From Lama glama (taxonomy: Eukaryota): a DNA stretch of 64,000 bases. Each line of letters opens with the position of its first letter. The stretch's first letter is position 1. The notes under the pieces are model-generated. The model saw only the letters and a program-made list of their open reading frames with translations, ran no database searches and was not told where the DNA came from. Below, one piece after another: positions 38,488-51,659 of the stretch. The translations under genes and the position numbers were made by a program. Location of the stretch: contig CM052816.1 in assembly GCA_028534125.1 (NCBI GenBank), positions 86,864,001-86,928,000 of the forward strand, in the 5' to 3' direction.

Positions 38488-39448
38488 CAAGTGTTTCTTT
38501 TAATTATTATTTACACCACCTTCTCACAACATCTCTGTATAACAATGTCATTCCACTATTATCTTATATTAGCTGACTTTTACCACATTATTTGGCTCAA
38601 TTAAAAAATACAATTACAAACTAAAATCCAATTCAAAATAAAACAGATGACCATATGAGAATGTAAGACATAAAATATAAAACTGAAGGAGGAGAAGGAG
38701 GAGAAATAAGCAAATTGCACTTAAAGGCTCATCAATTGTTTTAAAATTTATCAACCGAAAGAGCATATTTTTCCCACTGCTATTTGATTTATATTTACAG
38801 CCTGCAGTTTGGTCAAATGTGAAGGGAAAAATGCAGTGAATGCATACAGTCTTTGACTGATGTTCTGTGTAACAGCCAAGTTACAGTGGTTATTGGAAAG
38901 CATGTCCAGCAACTTGAAGTTTTAAAAAAGCAAAACAAGAAAATATGAACTGTTGCAGAGTTTCCTAGAGCAAAATTCACCAGAGTACAACATAAAGTAA
39001 ACCATGGTTCAATGACTTCTACTCTACAGAAAGAGATTTAGATTGTGATGTATATGAAATAAAATGCCTTAGATGTATTCACTTACAGAGTCACCCATAG
39101 GGTACCATGAGAGGGAGTCAAGTGGGGGATCAGTGATGACGTATTATTCAGACCCAGTTTGATAGACTCCTAGGTACTGTAGTACAGCCTGACTGCAAAA
39201 ACCGTCTGTACTTTCGCTAAGAAAGAATCTGAACACCAGTATCAGTGTAATCTCCCGTATGTTTATTAATTTTTTTTTGAACCTGAATTCGATTGACATT
39301 TCTCTTTCTAACATTCTTTGGCTCTCTGCTCTACAGAAGGATTCAGATATCACTCACTGTTTGACTTCTTATCTTTAGTAATACACATAACACAAATGTA
39401 ACCTCATTTTGAAGTGATAAGGGCTACTGGAATCTGAGATTATACTGG

Positions 39449-40336
39449 TATATTAGTCAGGATTCCACAGAGAAACAGAGCCAACAGAACGTGTGTACAG
39501 ATCTTCCTCAGTTTATGATAGAATTACATCCCATTAAGCCCACTGCAAGTTGAAAATAATCTGAGTCAAAATTGCACCTAATACACCTAACCTTCAAAAC
39601 ATCATAGTTTAGCCTAGTCTACCTTAAACATGTTCAGAGCACTTACATTAGCCTACAGTTGGACAAAATCATTTTTAACACAAAGCCTATTTTATAATAG
39701 AGTGTTTAATATCTCATGTAATGTACTGAACACTGCATTGAAAGTGAATGATTGTAAGTGTATCCATTGTTTGTCCTTGTGATCTCATGGTTAACTGGAA
39801 CAGTGGCTTGGTGTTACTGCCTGGCGTCATGAGTATCCTATTGCATATCACTAGCCCTGGAATGGATCAAAATTCAAAATGTGAAGTACAGTTTCTACTG
39901 AATGCATATCACTTTTGCACCACCAAAAAGTTGAAAAATTACAAGTTGAACCATCACAAGTCAGAGCTTATATATACAGAAACAGATTTATTTTTAAAAA
40001 AATCTCATTCAATTTTGGAGTCTTGTGAATGCAGAATCTGACGGCAGAAGCCTGAAAGCTGGAGACTCAGGAGAGAGTTGCAGTTCAAAGTTTAAGGGTA
40101 ATTTACTGGAGCATTCCCTCTTGTTAGGGAGCTGTCAGCCTTTTGTGTTATTCAGGTCTTCAACTGTTTGGATGAGGCCCACCCATATTATGGAAGGTAA
40201 TATGCTTTGCTCAGAGCTCATAGATTTAAATGCATATTTCACCAAAAACACTCTCACAGAAACATTCAGTATAATATTTTACTAAGTTTCTGGGCACCAT
40301 GGCCAAGACATGTTGATAAATGGAATTATCACTATA
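39449..40336 (-). mobile_element. ERVL solo LTR (MLT2C/D-like), interrupted by a Tigger-type element
   Basis: tatattagtcaggattccacagagaaacagagccaacag...gctggagactcaggagagagttgcagttcaaag...ttcaggtcttcaactgtttggatgaggcccacccatattatgga...aacactctcacagaaacattcag. Confidence 0.9.
39498..39972. mobile_element. MER47/Tigger-family (TcMar) non-autonomous DNA transposon
   Basis: Begins after a TA (39496-39497) with cagat.... Contains aatacacctaacc...catcatagtttagcctagtctaccttaaacatgttcagagcacttacattagcctacagttgg...gaagtacagtttctactgaatgcatatcacttttgcacca, and ends in a TA run. Confidence 0.9.
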
Positions 40337-40640
40337 GTTGAAAACAATTTTTTTTAATCAAACAAAAAATTAAAAAAAAAGCTTCAAGTCTGCCTAGAGA
40401 TATGAGGTAAAAATTAAAGGATACTTCAGAAAAATTGACACCTAAAGGGATATTAATTGCTCCACTATATCACTTATCATTTTACACTAAATTTGTTAAC
40501 ATGTCATCTCTCTTCATCACACTACATTTATAATGACTTCATATTACCTTTATATTCATAATCTTTAACATTGTCAGTATAAAAGGTATATATGTGTGTA
40601 TGTATTTTTTATTTCCTGTTCACAATCTCAATAAACTATA

Positions 40641-40748
40641 CCACTCAATCATTCATTTTATCATTCATTCAACAAATATTTATTAAGTGCTTACTGTGTG
40701 CCAGACACTCTTCCAAATGATTGGGATGCACATAATGAATACAACAGA
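40641..40748 (-). mobile_element. L2 3' end
   Basis: cattcattcaacaaatatttattaagtgcttactgtgtgccagacactcttccaaatgattggga. Confidence 0.9.
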
Positions 40749-41169
40749 AGGAAATTTAAATCATTCACCACATTTCTCAAGTTAGAAAAGTCAAAATTTT
40801 GGAGCATCTTGAAAAATTTTATTCTGAAATTCTACCTGCTACATATCACATTTATCCTAAATGTCTACTTTTTCCATTTCAACTTGTCTAAGTTGCCCAC
40901 CTCACTGGTCAATTATCTTCAGCTTCTTTGCTTTGAACTCAAAAGTGTCAGAGCTTTCCTGACCACAGAAAATGGACACATTCCTCTATTTCCTTACTGT
41001 AAACATTAAATTTTTAAAAAGTCCATTTATTTTGAGTTACTTTTGATAATAATGCTTACTTTACCCACCATGCCTAATCAGCAGCATGCCTCAATAAGGT
41101 AAAAGTCTATGTAATCTTCCCACTATCAATTTTGCATAAGACAATTCAATGCTCACATAAAAGAGAGAG

Positions 41170-41715
41170 TGATTTTTAAAAGTCAAATTTCAATAATAAT
41201 CTCTTGCCGTCTTCAACTAAAATAATTTCTGTAACTCAGCCACCTACACAGCTCTCAAAGATCTGGCCCCTCTTAGTGCTCAGTCTTAATCTCATCTCAC
41301 TTATTAACACACTTTTCTCCAGCCATATGGAACTTAAGGATGCACATCTTCTCTCCTCACACTCTTGATACTCTGGATCTTGAACATGCACTTTCGACTC
41401 CCAGAGATATTTTTTTATTTAATTGAGAATTCATTTACATATTTTAAATTTCTGTTTAATCCTCATTTTCTTGAGGATGCTTCCTTAATTCCTAAATTAA
41501 TATAGATAGGACTACATGATTCCTTAGCTTTGTACTTCATTTCACTGCATTAGTAAGTTCATAAGCACACATCATTATTTGTTTCTTGGCTATATTCCCG
41601 GTCAGACAATAAGCTTCATAAAGTATGTAATCAGGTCTGCCTTACTTATTTCAGTGCTTAGCAACAAGGCTTGAGTAGAGCATGTGTTTAATTAATAACT
41701 GTTGAATTAATAAAA
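41170..41715 (+). mobile_element. L2 3' region
   Basis: agatctggcccctc...ctccagccatatgg...cagacaataagcttcataaag...cagtgcttagcaacaaggcttg...taataactgttgaattaataaaa. Confidence 0.7.
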
Positions 41716-42689
41716 GATTATTTAGACACAGAAATAGGTGCTTAAAAGAGAGTGGTTTTTAATGACCCATAGATTCCCATTTATTCCCTACCAGTTTTAC
41801 TCTAATGTGAATCTACCAACCATTCATTCTCAAATAATAGCTGATTTTCTTTTTAAATGGTATGGATCATTTCAACTTCTCCAAGTACATTTTCTCAACT
41901 TCTCCTCTGTATTCTTTTTGAGAGTCATCCTAGAGACAATCCTTTGCTTGAAGTTGTCACAAAGCCTAATCAACTCATGCATGCAAATGATTCCATGGTT
42001 AAAGCATTTAGTCTTATATTACCAACCATTTCATTTTCCTTGTAATTGCCTACCTCTCAAATCTTTCCTTATAATTATTTTTTCACCATGATATAATTAT
42101 GAATAAATCCTCCACAGTGTGCTGACTGCTGAAAATCTAATTATTAAACTTAAGAAATGTGTATGCCTTTTTAAAAAAGTGTTAAATTTTACATTTCAGT
42201 AAAACTTATTATTTCAAAGTTTTCAGAAATTTACTAATTAAGTTTGCATATTTGTAACATTATCTGGATTATAGGCTAAAGCCAAATGATTCTATGTGTG
42301 CAACCAAAATGTATTTAACATTAAAAATTACTTACCTAAAAAAGTGAAAGCCAAATAACCACAGAGGAAACTACTGAGAGGATAAATAACAGAATGATTT
42401 GAAAGCAGAACAATTTTCAAGAAAGCAAATTGTTGTACATCTAGGCTCTGAAAATCCAAGACATACTCTTTCAAATTCCCCAGATACCTTTATAAAATGA
42501 ATTTCTCCTTTTTTGAATAGATTAAATACAAACAGGGTTCAGACACTACAGTCTAAGGTGAAGTTTATCTGAATTTGATTTGATTGACTAAAATTAATGA
42601 ATAATTAGAATTAGAAAGCATTGCATGTTTACAACATCATGAGACTTCCTGAAATTAATACTGCAGTTATAAAACCACAAAATATTCAT

Positions 42690-43021
42690 TATGCTGTGTT
42701 GATTGGAACGTTCTCCCTTGGATGCCTTCTTCTCACCATTTTAGCTCTTAGTACAAATGCCTAGTTCTCTGTAAAGCCTTCCATTACCACTCTACCTATA
42801 TTGGCAACACCTCACTCAGTCACTGTCTCTAATGTTGCCTTATTTAGCTTTCCTCAGAGCATCTGATTATGTTCCATCATTTATATATTCTCTAGTCCAA
42901 AATGGAAGCTTCCTGAGGACAGGGACTTTTGTTACTTTACTATCCACTTACTCTACAGTTCCTAGATTAGTATCTGGTACATGGTAAGAGTTAAATAACA
43001 ATACTGTTTTACTGATTGAAT
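42690..43021 (+). mobile_element. L2a-like 3' end
   Basis: aaatgcctagttctctgtaaagccttcc...aaatggaagcttcctgaggacagggactttt...cagttcctagattagtatctggtacatggtaagag. Confidence 0.8.
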
Positions 43022-43369
43022 ATATCATGTACCACTATACACATATAATGACAGCAGAAAAGAATGTGAATGACAATTGTTTCATCTTTCCTTTTCCAAT
43101 CAATTTTTAAGAAATTATTGATTAAGTGATAAAATTTTCTATCATTTACGAATTACCTGGAGTTAAAAATAGGCTATTTATAATCAGATAAATACATTTT
43201 ACTTCTGACTGATAACAACGTGTTTAGATTATAAAGTTAGTAAAATAAATTAGTAAGTGAATCATTATCAACATAACCACAATGTGTTTCAGTGTGTGGA
43301 TCAGCTGTAAAAATTAAAGCAGCCTAACTGTTTCAAGAATAGGGTGTGAAGCTTGTCAGGCCAGTTAGC

Positions 43370-43555
43370 ACACACTGACTTACCATGAGCTCCATGAATG
43401 TAATTCTCTGAAGCCCTGATGACTTTATCTATAAAACAGGAATAATGAATTATCTCTCATCTGTGGTGATTTGGAAGTCTTAAAGAAATATCATGTATGA
43501 GAGGTGTAGGATATTTCCTGATACCAATTAAACAATAAATACTACTTATTAGTAT
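43370..43555 (+). mobile_element. MIR SINE (diverged)
   Basis: taattctctgaagccctgatgactttatctataaaacaggaataatga...atctctca...ttaaagaaatatcatgtatgagag. Confidence 0.6.
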
Positions 43556-44539
43556 TGTATGTATATCAGGGATATGAGAATATGACATCTTTTAATGAAT
43601 CATTAATATTCATATATGTAGTATAATCTTTATTTTATATTTTGAAATACAGTTATATTACAAATTCAAGTGTAAAATTAAACATGAACTCTGAAGTAGG
43701 ATGGGATTTTGCACTTTTCACAAAGATTTTAGTTGTTTCAGGAACACCAGATTTATACTTTAATTACCTACTGGTAATTGGTAAGTCAAAGAGGAAAAAA
43801 AAAAATCAAGCACTGAATCCACACAACACAAACTCAAAGATGACTATGTAGTATTATACAAATTTTTTAGAGAAGTTATTTTATTTGGGCTTCTGAGTGA
43901 TACAGACTCTTATTTGTCTATGGCCAACTTAAGATTATCACAAAGACAAAGTAAACAATGGCTCTAGCTTTTCATTTAAATGAATTGTCTAAATATTTGA
44001 CTGAGCTGATTAGGGCACATCAGTAGCCTATAGACTCACCCCACTCATTTAGTAAACACATTATGTCAATATATTAGTTACCTCAATTCCAACTTTGAAT
44101 TAAAAAGTGAAATAAATTACATAAAAGGCAAATAAATTGGGTTATCAGGCATGGCATATCATTTGTATGGAGGAGAGGTAACTGAATCAGGTAGAGAAAT
44201 GGGAACGTCAAATGTCCAGTCTCTTCTGTCCATGTCTTCACATACCATACACAACTAAGGCTTAGATATGTTTTCCTATAATTATCCTAATTAATAATTT
44301 ATTGTAGCTTATCGAATAATTTCAGCATTGAGCCTTTCCAGTGAAAAATAAATTGTCACTAGTAAGATACTAAAAGATTAAAACATTTACAAAACATTAA
44401 CATCCACTCTTGAAATCTTTATTTGCTGAATTATATGCAATATTTAAGAACACCAATATTACTAAGCCTTGAAGAATATGCATGTACAGAATGTAGTACA
44501 CAGACTTTACCATTTTGAAAAAGATTTTTTAATTTCCTT

Positions 44540-44720
44540 CAGTTGATTTACTAAGCATATAGCCTTGGACAAATTACTTGGACTAGTTTTGATTTTCTCT
44601 TTTTTAAGATGTAAAAATAATAAAATGTCAGCTTATATAACTGATATAAAGATAACATGAGATGTAAAACACTTACATACTAATAATGATAATGAACACT
44701 TAACAGATCAATTACTATTG
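44540..44720 (+). mobile_element. MIR SINE (diverged)
   Basis: atttactaagcatatagccttggacaaattactt...tgtaaaaataataaaa...gataacatgagatgtaaaacactta. Confidence 0.6.
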
Positions 44721-46014
44721 GTATTCAAATCAATAATGAAAAATTCCCAAATCTAATGAAAAAGGGCACAGAATCTCTTCAAGTTACCTGTTTGGTTATG
44801 TAGCCACTCTATTTTTTTTAAGTAAGCAAATTCAATTAATTATGCAGAATATATACACATATTTAACTAAATACTGAAGTTACATAATTTCTTTAAAAAT
44901 ATATTTTACATGAAAAAGTAAAAATGTAGAGAAAGAATAAATTCTAAATAATCGATGATTTTATTTCAGAAATTCTCAAATATCTACCAATATAACCATC
45001 CACTGATTCAACTGAAAGATGCAGTTGGAAATTGTCATTCCTAATTCTCCTGCTCCCTTTTATTCCCCTTTTGGCCTGTAATTATACTAAGGGCTCTATC
45101 AGTAGAATACATCCCATGTGCATCCCTATGAAATAACCGCACCACATGGCATGTAAAAGGTTTACATTCAGACTGTTATTTTGGTTTCTTTAGCAACACA
45201 AATGCACCTGTTCTCAACACAATTAGGATGGGCCACATTGAAGATAATCAAAACAAATAATGAAAAATGGTTTGCTTAATTTGGAAAATAAGGCACACTG
45301 CCTACTCAGGCGTTGGCAAAGCTTTGATAGTGATGCTGTGTGGAATTAACATATTTAATGAAAATTGATTTTGTTTATGTACAGAGATAATGGATATGCC
45401 TGCATAATTTCTGGGCAAGGCTCTTAGTTATTAATTATTATTTTATAATTTATCCAAGACAGTTCAAGCCAAAGGCAGCATCTGTTTGGCACTGAGGTTC
45501 TACTTAGATTTAATTTTCCAGTTCAAAAGAAATAGCTACAGAGACTCAAATAAACTATTCAAGGTCACAAAAACAGTAATCTGCCTTGATTAGAGACCTA
45601 CAATCTACAGCAACCCAGAGAGTAAATTACAGAAGTTGACGAGCAAATTAAATTGCTGTCTGTATATTGTAAGAAGACAAAAATGGGAGAATAGATAAAG
45701 AACTGGAATGAGATTTTTAAAATACAAATCCTATATTGCTTAAAAATTTTTTAAAATATATTTATAATTTCTAGGTTAATGCTTTCTTACAATGATATTC
45801 TCTCATTATGTTTCTCACTTTACTCAGAAAATAAAAAACTACTTTGCAATGCCCGTACTGCCAAACTGTAAACAATCCTTTGAATTAATATTGAGATATT
45901 TGATAACTTTATATATATATGACTAAAACTGAACTAAACTTTTAAAGATTTAGTTAAAAAAAATCAGCTTGTAAACCACTCTTCAGATTGGTACACCTAA
46001 AAATTAACTAACAT

Positions 46015-46190
46015 GCATATTTGGCACTTGTATAGCGTTTTACAGTTTAAAATTTACAATAACATTTATTTTCACACCAAATAATAATCATGATATAAAT
46101 TTTGTTAATTTTTTAAATTCACAGATCAGGAAATTGGGATGAAGAGAGAAAATTATAAAATTCATACATTTAGTAAGTGACATGGAAAGA
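46015..46190 (-). mobile_element. MIR SINE (diverged)
   Basis: cacttgtatagcgttttacagttta...ttcacagatcaggaaattggga...catacatttagtaagtgaca. Confidence 0.55.
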
Positions 46191-47334
46191 GTCAGTTTTT
46201 TTTTTTTAACCATAATCCAGGAGGTATGGCTATCTTGTTCTTTGCTAACTCTGTTAAGCCCACCATGAAACTCAAAGTGGGTCTCAATCCATATTTGGCA
46301 AAATGAATCATATTAAATTCTCTTGCTCTTTCTAGTATGAATTGCTTCCTCATTACGAAAAAAAATATTTTTTATGTAGTGTCATGATTACAAATATATT
46401 CCTTAATGAAATTTTTCAACTTTATGGAAAGTTCTCTCAGGCACCAATCAATGTTTGGGTTCGTAGTTCAGCTTGTCATTAAATGTCTCTGGAAATATAA
46501 TAAAATTCTATTGGTAGGGAATGTCCGTCTTCCCGTAGAAAGTAAGTTATAGGACTAGTTAAAAACAGAACATAACTGCATACCACATTGTCAGAGACCC
46601 ACCTAATCGTAGCTTTATTTATATCTTGTAGTACACAAGTATACATACTAAATATCCTGAATATGAAATCTATGCAGAATTAGAAAGGAATGATCTTTAA
46701 TATTAATAACAATTATATACATTATCTCAGTGTTTCTAAAGCAGTATCTCTTCCCTTGTATAACATACATTTTGATCTCCTTTAAATCTAAGATTTCAGA
46801 TAAATTTCTCTAAAGACTAATAAATGACATACTAAATGACATTAAATTTGAACATTTATCAACCGAGAAAAGGGAAGAGAATGTACTGCTTCATCGTTGT
46901 TGAAGAGTTAATGAAGCAGTTCTACATGGCTTTCCATGACCACAGTATAAATTCACATCACAGGTATCACCACTGAATCTCTAAGCATGTGCTTTCTATC
47001 TTTCTACACACACACATACACCTGCATTATTTTTTGAAGATGGTGAATATAATACTGGAGTCGATGGCTGTACATAGACTCCAAACAGGTAAAATGTATG
47101 CACATCCAGTTTGAATCCAGTATGCCCAATATTTTTCTGTGTCTGCAAAAGTTTTTGAGTATGTCTCCATCGACAAATGAATTCCAGGGGAAAAAGAAAA
47201 CTGATAAAATCATTTTTCCTAATGAATGAATAAACACTATAGCAGGTATTTGTCCAGAAGAAACAGAGTAAGTGGGTGGAGTCAGTCTGACCTTTGATAA
47301 ATTCACGAAACATTCAATAATGTATGTAGTCCCT

Positions 47335-48200
47335 CAACAAATATTCTTTGCCCATCAATTTTTGCTAGGCATTGTCTAGTTGGATAGTATACAAGGATGA
47401 AGTAAAACGCTATTTTCAGGAAGATTTCATACTAATGGAGAGAAAAAGTGAAAGACAAAATAACTATATAACCAAATTGTCACATAATGATTAAGAGCTA
47501 TATTAGTTCACCAGGGCTGCTACAACAACGTACCACAGACTGGGTAGCTTAAACAACAGAAATTTATTTGCCCACAGTCCTGAAAGCCTTAAGTCTGCAA
47601 TCAAAGTGTCAGCAGGGTTGGTTTCTCCTCAGGCCTCTCTCCTTGGCTTGTACGTGGTCCCTTCTCTCCATGTCTTCGCATGGTCTTTCCTCTGTGTGTA
47701 CCTGTGTCCTAGCCTCCACTTACAAGGCCACTAGTCACAATGGATTAGGGTCCACCCTAATGACCTCATTTTACCTCTTTAAAGACTCTATTTTCAAACA
47801 CAGTCATATCCTGAGGCACTGGGGTTTATGATTTCAACATATGAATTTTGGGGAGACACAATTCAGTTCATAACAAGTGCTAAAGAAAAAAAAAAGTAGA
47901 CTAGGGGATAAATACAATGAACATTTTTCCAGATAGCAGGAGGATGGGCATTTTCCCTTGGGTGATGGCTTTTCAATTTAAATCTAAATGAAATTAGGAA
48001 GCAAGACATGTGTTTCAGAAGCAAAGGTATTTCAGGCAGAGCAAAAAGCACCTGCAAAGGCTTGAGTGAGAGAAGCCCAGGACCAAAGGTGAAAACAATA
48101 GGATGAGGCTTGAGAAAGGGTGAAGGATTAAATTATGTAGGACAGTGTAGTTCATGGTAAGATCTTGATTTCCACTGTATTTTTATGAGAAGTTAATCAG
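47335..48200 (-). mobile_element. L2a-like fragment, interrupted by an MLT1B
   Basis: tcaacaaatatt...gctaggcattgtctag...[MLT1B]...agtgctaaagaaaaa...gtatttcaggcagagcaaaaagcacctgcaaaggcttgag...gatgaggcttgagaaag...catggtaagatcttgattt. Confidence 0.8.
47499..47875 (-). mobile_element. MaLR solo LTR (MLT1B-like)
   Basis: tatattagttcaccagggctgctacaacaacgtaccacagactgggtagcttaaacaacagaaattta...ggattagggtccaccctaatgacctcatttt...catatgaattttggggagacacaattcagttcataaca. 5-bp TSD agagc/agtgc (4 of 5 match). Confidence 0.93.
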
Positions 48201-49186
48201 GGGCATATAAACCAGAACTCACACAACATGACCTAAATTTTGGAAACTGTGATATGAAATTAAAGATCAAAGAAATATTTAATTAGATGTATGAAAAGCA
48301 TCTATAAAGTAATACTTAAAGAAACAAATAACTTTCATAAGTAAGGTGGAAAAGGTGCTTTTTTACAGTGAAATATCCCTTAGTGAAAATGTTGGAGACA
48401 AGAAAATGTGTCAAAAAGATTATGCAATATTTTACAATATATAACTGTTAAGCTTCACTTTCTTTTCATTAAATATCTAATTGGAAACACACTGTGCAGT
48501 TATAGAACTCATCAGAATTTAATGTTTATTCTATAAAAAAATAAGATACCCAGATAGAGAAATTATTGAAAAGCATGTTTACACCCTGATCCCTTATTAT
48601 AGGAAATTATTATTTGACAAACAAAGAACTGTGGCTGTGAAAAATCCAGAACACATTCAGAGATGCAAAATAGCCTGATTACTCTACTTCAAACGAGAGT
48701 CCAAAAACAGCTGATCAGTGGGCCCTTGTGAAAGCCAGCTTTTGAAAGGGAACTGTCAATAATTCAATTTGCTAAGGAAAGAAACTGTTGAAAGGAGACT
48801 GAAATGGGTTTAAAATTATCACCTTTAGGAACCCAAATAATCTGAGTACTAAAGACTCACTCTGGAGAATATTTATGCAAATATTATCCTTTGCAATTTT
48901 AACACTTTCTGAATTACATAAGTTTTAGGGGAAAGTATGACCAGTTTTTCTTAAGCATTAAGTTTTCTACATAATTTTATCAGGATTAAAGCATAAAGAA
49001 GTATTGTGTCTGTCAAACTCTCTTTCGATAGAAGGAAATCTAAAGGTTCTTGCAGAAGAAAATGACAATTATCCTATTTGCCCTTTCTGAAGAATTTGAA
49101 GTCAATTATTGCATAGGTCTTGATATATACAGACTCAATAAAGATAACTGATATTCTTTCAAACAAAGCATTTTCTCTTAGAAAAT

Positions 49187-49686
49187 NNNNNNNNNNNNNN
49201 NNNNNNNNNNNNNNNNNNNNNNNNNNNNNNNNNNNNNNNNNNNNNNNNNNNNNNNNNNNNNNNNNNNNNNNNNNNNNNNNNNNNNNNNNNNNNNNNNNNN
49301 NNNNNNNNNNNNNNNNNNNNNNNNNNNNNNNNNNNNNNNNNNNNNNNNNNNNNNNNNNNNNNNNNNNNNNNNNNNNNNNNNNNNNNNNNNNNNNNNNNNN
49401 NNNNNNNNNNNNNNNNNNNNNNNNNNNNNNNNNNNNNNNNNNNNNNNNNNNNNNNNNNNNNNNNNNNNNNNNNNNNNNNNNNNNNNNNNNNNNNNNNNNN
49501 NNNNNNNNNNNNNNNNNNNNNNNNNNNNNNNNNNNNNNNNNNNNNNNNNNNNNNNNNNNNNNNNNNNNNNNNNNNNNNNNNNNNNNNNNNNNNNNNNNNN
49601 NNNNNNNNNNNNNNNNNNNNNNNNNNNNNNNNNNNNNNNNNNNNNNNNNNNNNNNNNNNNNNNNNNNNNNNNNNNNNNNNNNNNNN
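49187..49686. other. Assembly gap (500 N)
   Basis: Run of exactly 500 N. Confidence 1.
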
Positions 49687-50199
49687 TTTTTTTTCTGCCC
49701 AAAGCCACTGTAAATTTGTTAAGAAAATTTTCTCAACAACTTACTTGATCCGAATCTGTCCTCAGCACCAATAGCCACACCTGCAAGTATTTGCTAGAAC
49801 TACTCTCTAGGTATTTTACATCTTTTTCACTGTACTATGTCTTTATATCTTTTAACTTAATTTTAGATACCTTTGGTCTTTCAGACTTCCATTGAAGAAT
49901 CACACTTTTAATCATTTCTCTGAGCCATGTTTCTCAAATAAAAAATGAATATATGCTACCATAATTAATACAGGCATTTTAATGACTATAAAGGTCATAC
50001 TGTTGATTTAATTCTTGCCTATGAATCAGATGCTCTGAGTGTTATTCAATTTTATATTTTAATGACTTTTGTAGAGTAGTACTTGCTGCTTCTCACTCCA
50101 CAACTCCTGAATTGTATGTACACTCCCTAGTCTTGTTCCCTCCTACTTACAAATACCTAGTTATTCTGAGCACATATCTCCCTCTTGTACTACCTTGGC

Positions 50200-50411
50200 A
50201 AGCACAGAAACAAACACAATAATTTCCCACTTACTGGTCTCATTCTGTAAGTCTACCAGGTTTATTAAGCATGTTGTTTGCTTTTCTAGTTATCACTAGT
50301 GACAATTTTACCAACTACAAAACCAATTCATTATAGTGGTCACTATTCTTCAAGAGTTTCTTAGCCAACTGTTGTTGTTATAGTAACACCTGAATTCTAG
50401 GTGCCAGTGTC
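50200..50411 (-). mobile_element. MaLR internal 5' remnant attached to the adjacent LTR
   Basis: gacaattttaccaact...ttcttagccaactgttgttgttatagtaacacctgaattctaggtgccagt is the antisense of an MLT-int start and abuts the LTR 3' end. Confidence 0.5.
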
Positions 50412-50800
50412 TGTTTTAGTAAAGATGAGCTATGATAGACTGTGGTAACAAAACACTCTGAAATCCCAGGGAGTTAACCAGAAAATGTAATTCTCTAGCA
50501 TACTAAATATCTAATTAAGCTTGATGCAGGGGAGTGAGGGAAGCAAATGTCTTTGATCACCACAGTCACTCAGGTAATCAGAATTAAAAATATTGTATCT
50601 CTGCTGTGCTTCCATGAGATGGGAAGAGAATGGCAGTCCAGGTACTATCTATTACGCTTGCAGCCAGGAGGAGACACGTATTAATTCTGCTCATATTTTA
50701 CCTGGCAATTTGAAGTGTGAAGTGGTAGAGAAGTATCCTCTTATATGGGGGAAAGTAGAAGCACAGAGCATAATTCATGTACAGTTTTAATGCCTTCCAC
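50412..50800 (-). mobile_element. MaLR LTR (MLT1K/L-like)
   Basis: tgttttagtaaagatgagcta...ctgtggtaacaaaacactctgaaatcccagggagttaac...cacagtcactcagg...gacacgtattaattctgctcatattt...taatgccttccac. Confidence 0.75.
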
Positions 50801-51659
50801 TTCTAGTCCCTTGTGTCATTTAATTTACATCTGTTAATTCTGTGAGTAGAAAATATAAATTTTATGAATAGAAATGACCATATATATAAAAATGCTGTAC
50901 CAGTTTTTAAAAATGAAGAGAAATTCATGTTGCCATGTAGTGGTGTTTGATGGTTATTAAAGGCAAGGCTGAAGCACAATAGTGCCCCAAATGCTCAGTT
51001 TTTCCTATTCAGATTTTCAAAGGATGAAGAATCAGAACTCCTGTTATTCATATTATGTAATCCTACTAAATGGTTAGTTTATCTAATGGTTCTACAAAAA
51101 AATATGAGTTTATTGTACCCACACTCAGCCAAACCTAAGAACTGGTATTATAACTCTCACTTTTATACCTCCTATGACTCTAGGATCAGGTATAAATATC
51201 TAAGCTTCCAGTGGTTTATATATGCTCTGAGTTTTTAAAGAAAGGCAGAGTCCTCTTAGGTTCTTGCAGTTTAAGATCAGGAAGCTTAACAGAGTCTCAG
51301 GACTTAATCTTTTGAATCCTTTTGATTCATGAACTCAGGATGTACATAGGTAATTATTGAGAGAAGGCTCTTGACTGACAGTGAAGAGAATTACTGACTT
51401 TCTTTTTCTGAGTAAACAAAATTCTGCTCCCTTGGAGTGAACATTTGATGAATGAAATATGGTCTTTAGGCATTGGTTCTATATAATCTGATTTCCTTGC
51501 TGGTAACAATCAAGGTGCTTATTAACTGCTTTTCTGATATTTTCTCTCCTTTTATCCTATCCATATAATTTTGTATTTGCCTTTTCACTTACTTCTAAGA
51601 CTTAACCCTTTGCCATTTTGGTAGATTATTTTTTTTAAGACCATAAATTTTCCTCTCTT

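Noticed and set aside
49120..49713. ORFs of 197 aa and 176 aa
   Set aside because: Artefacts of the second 500-N gap.
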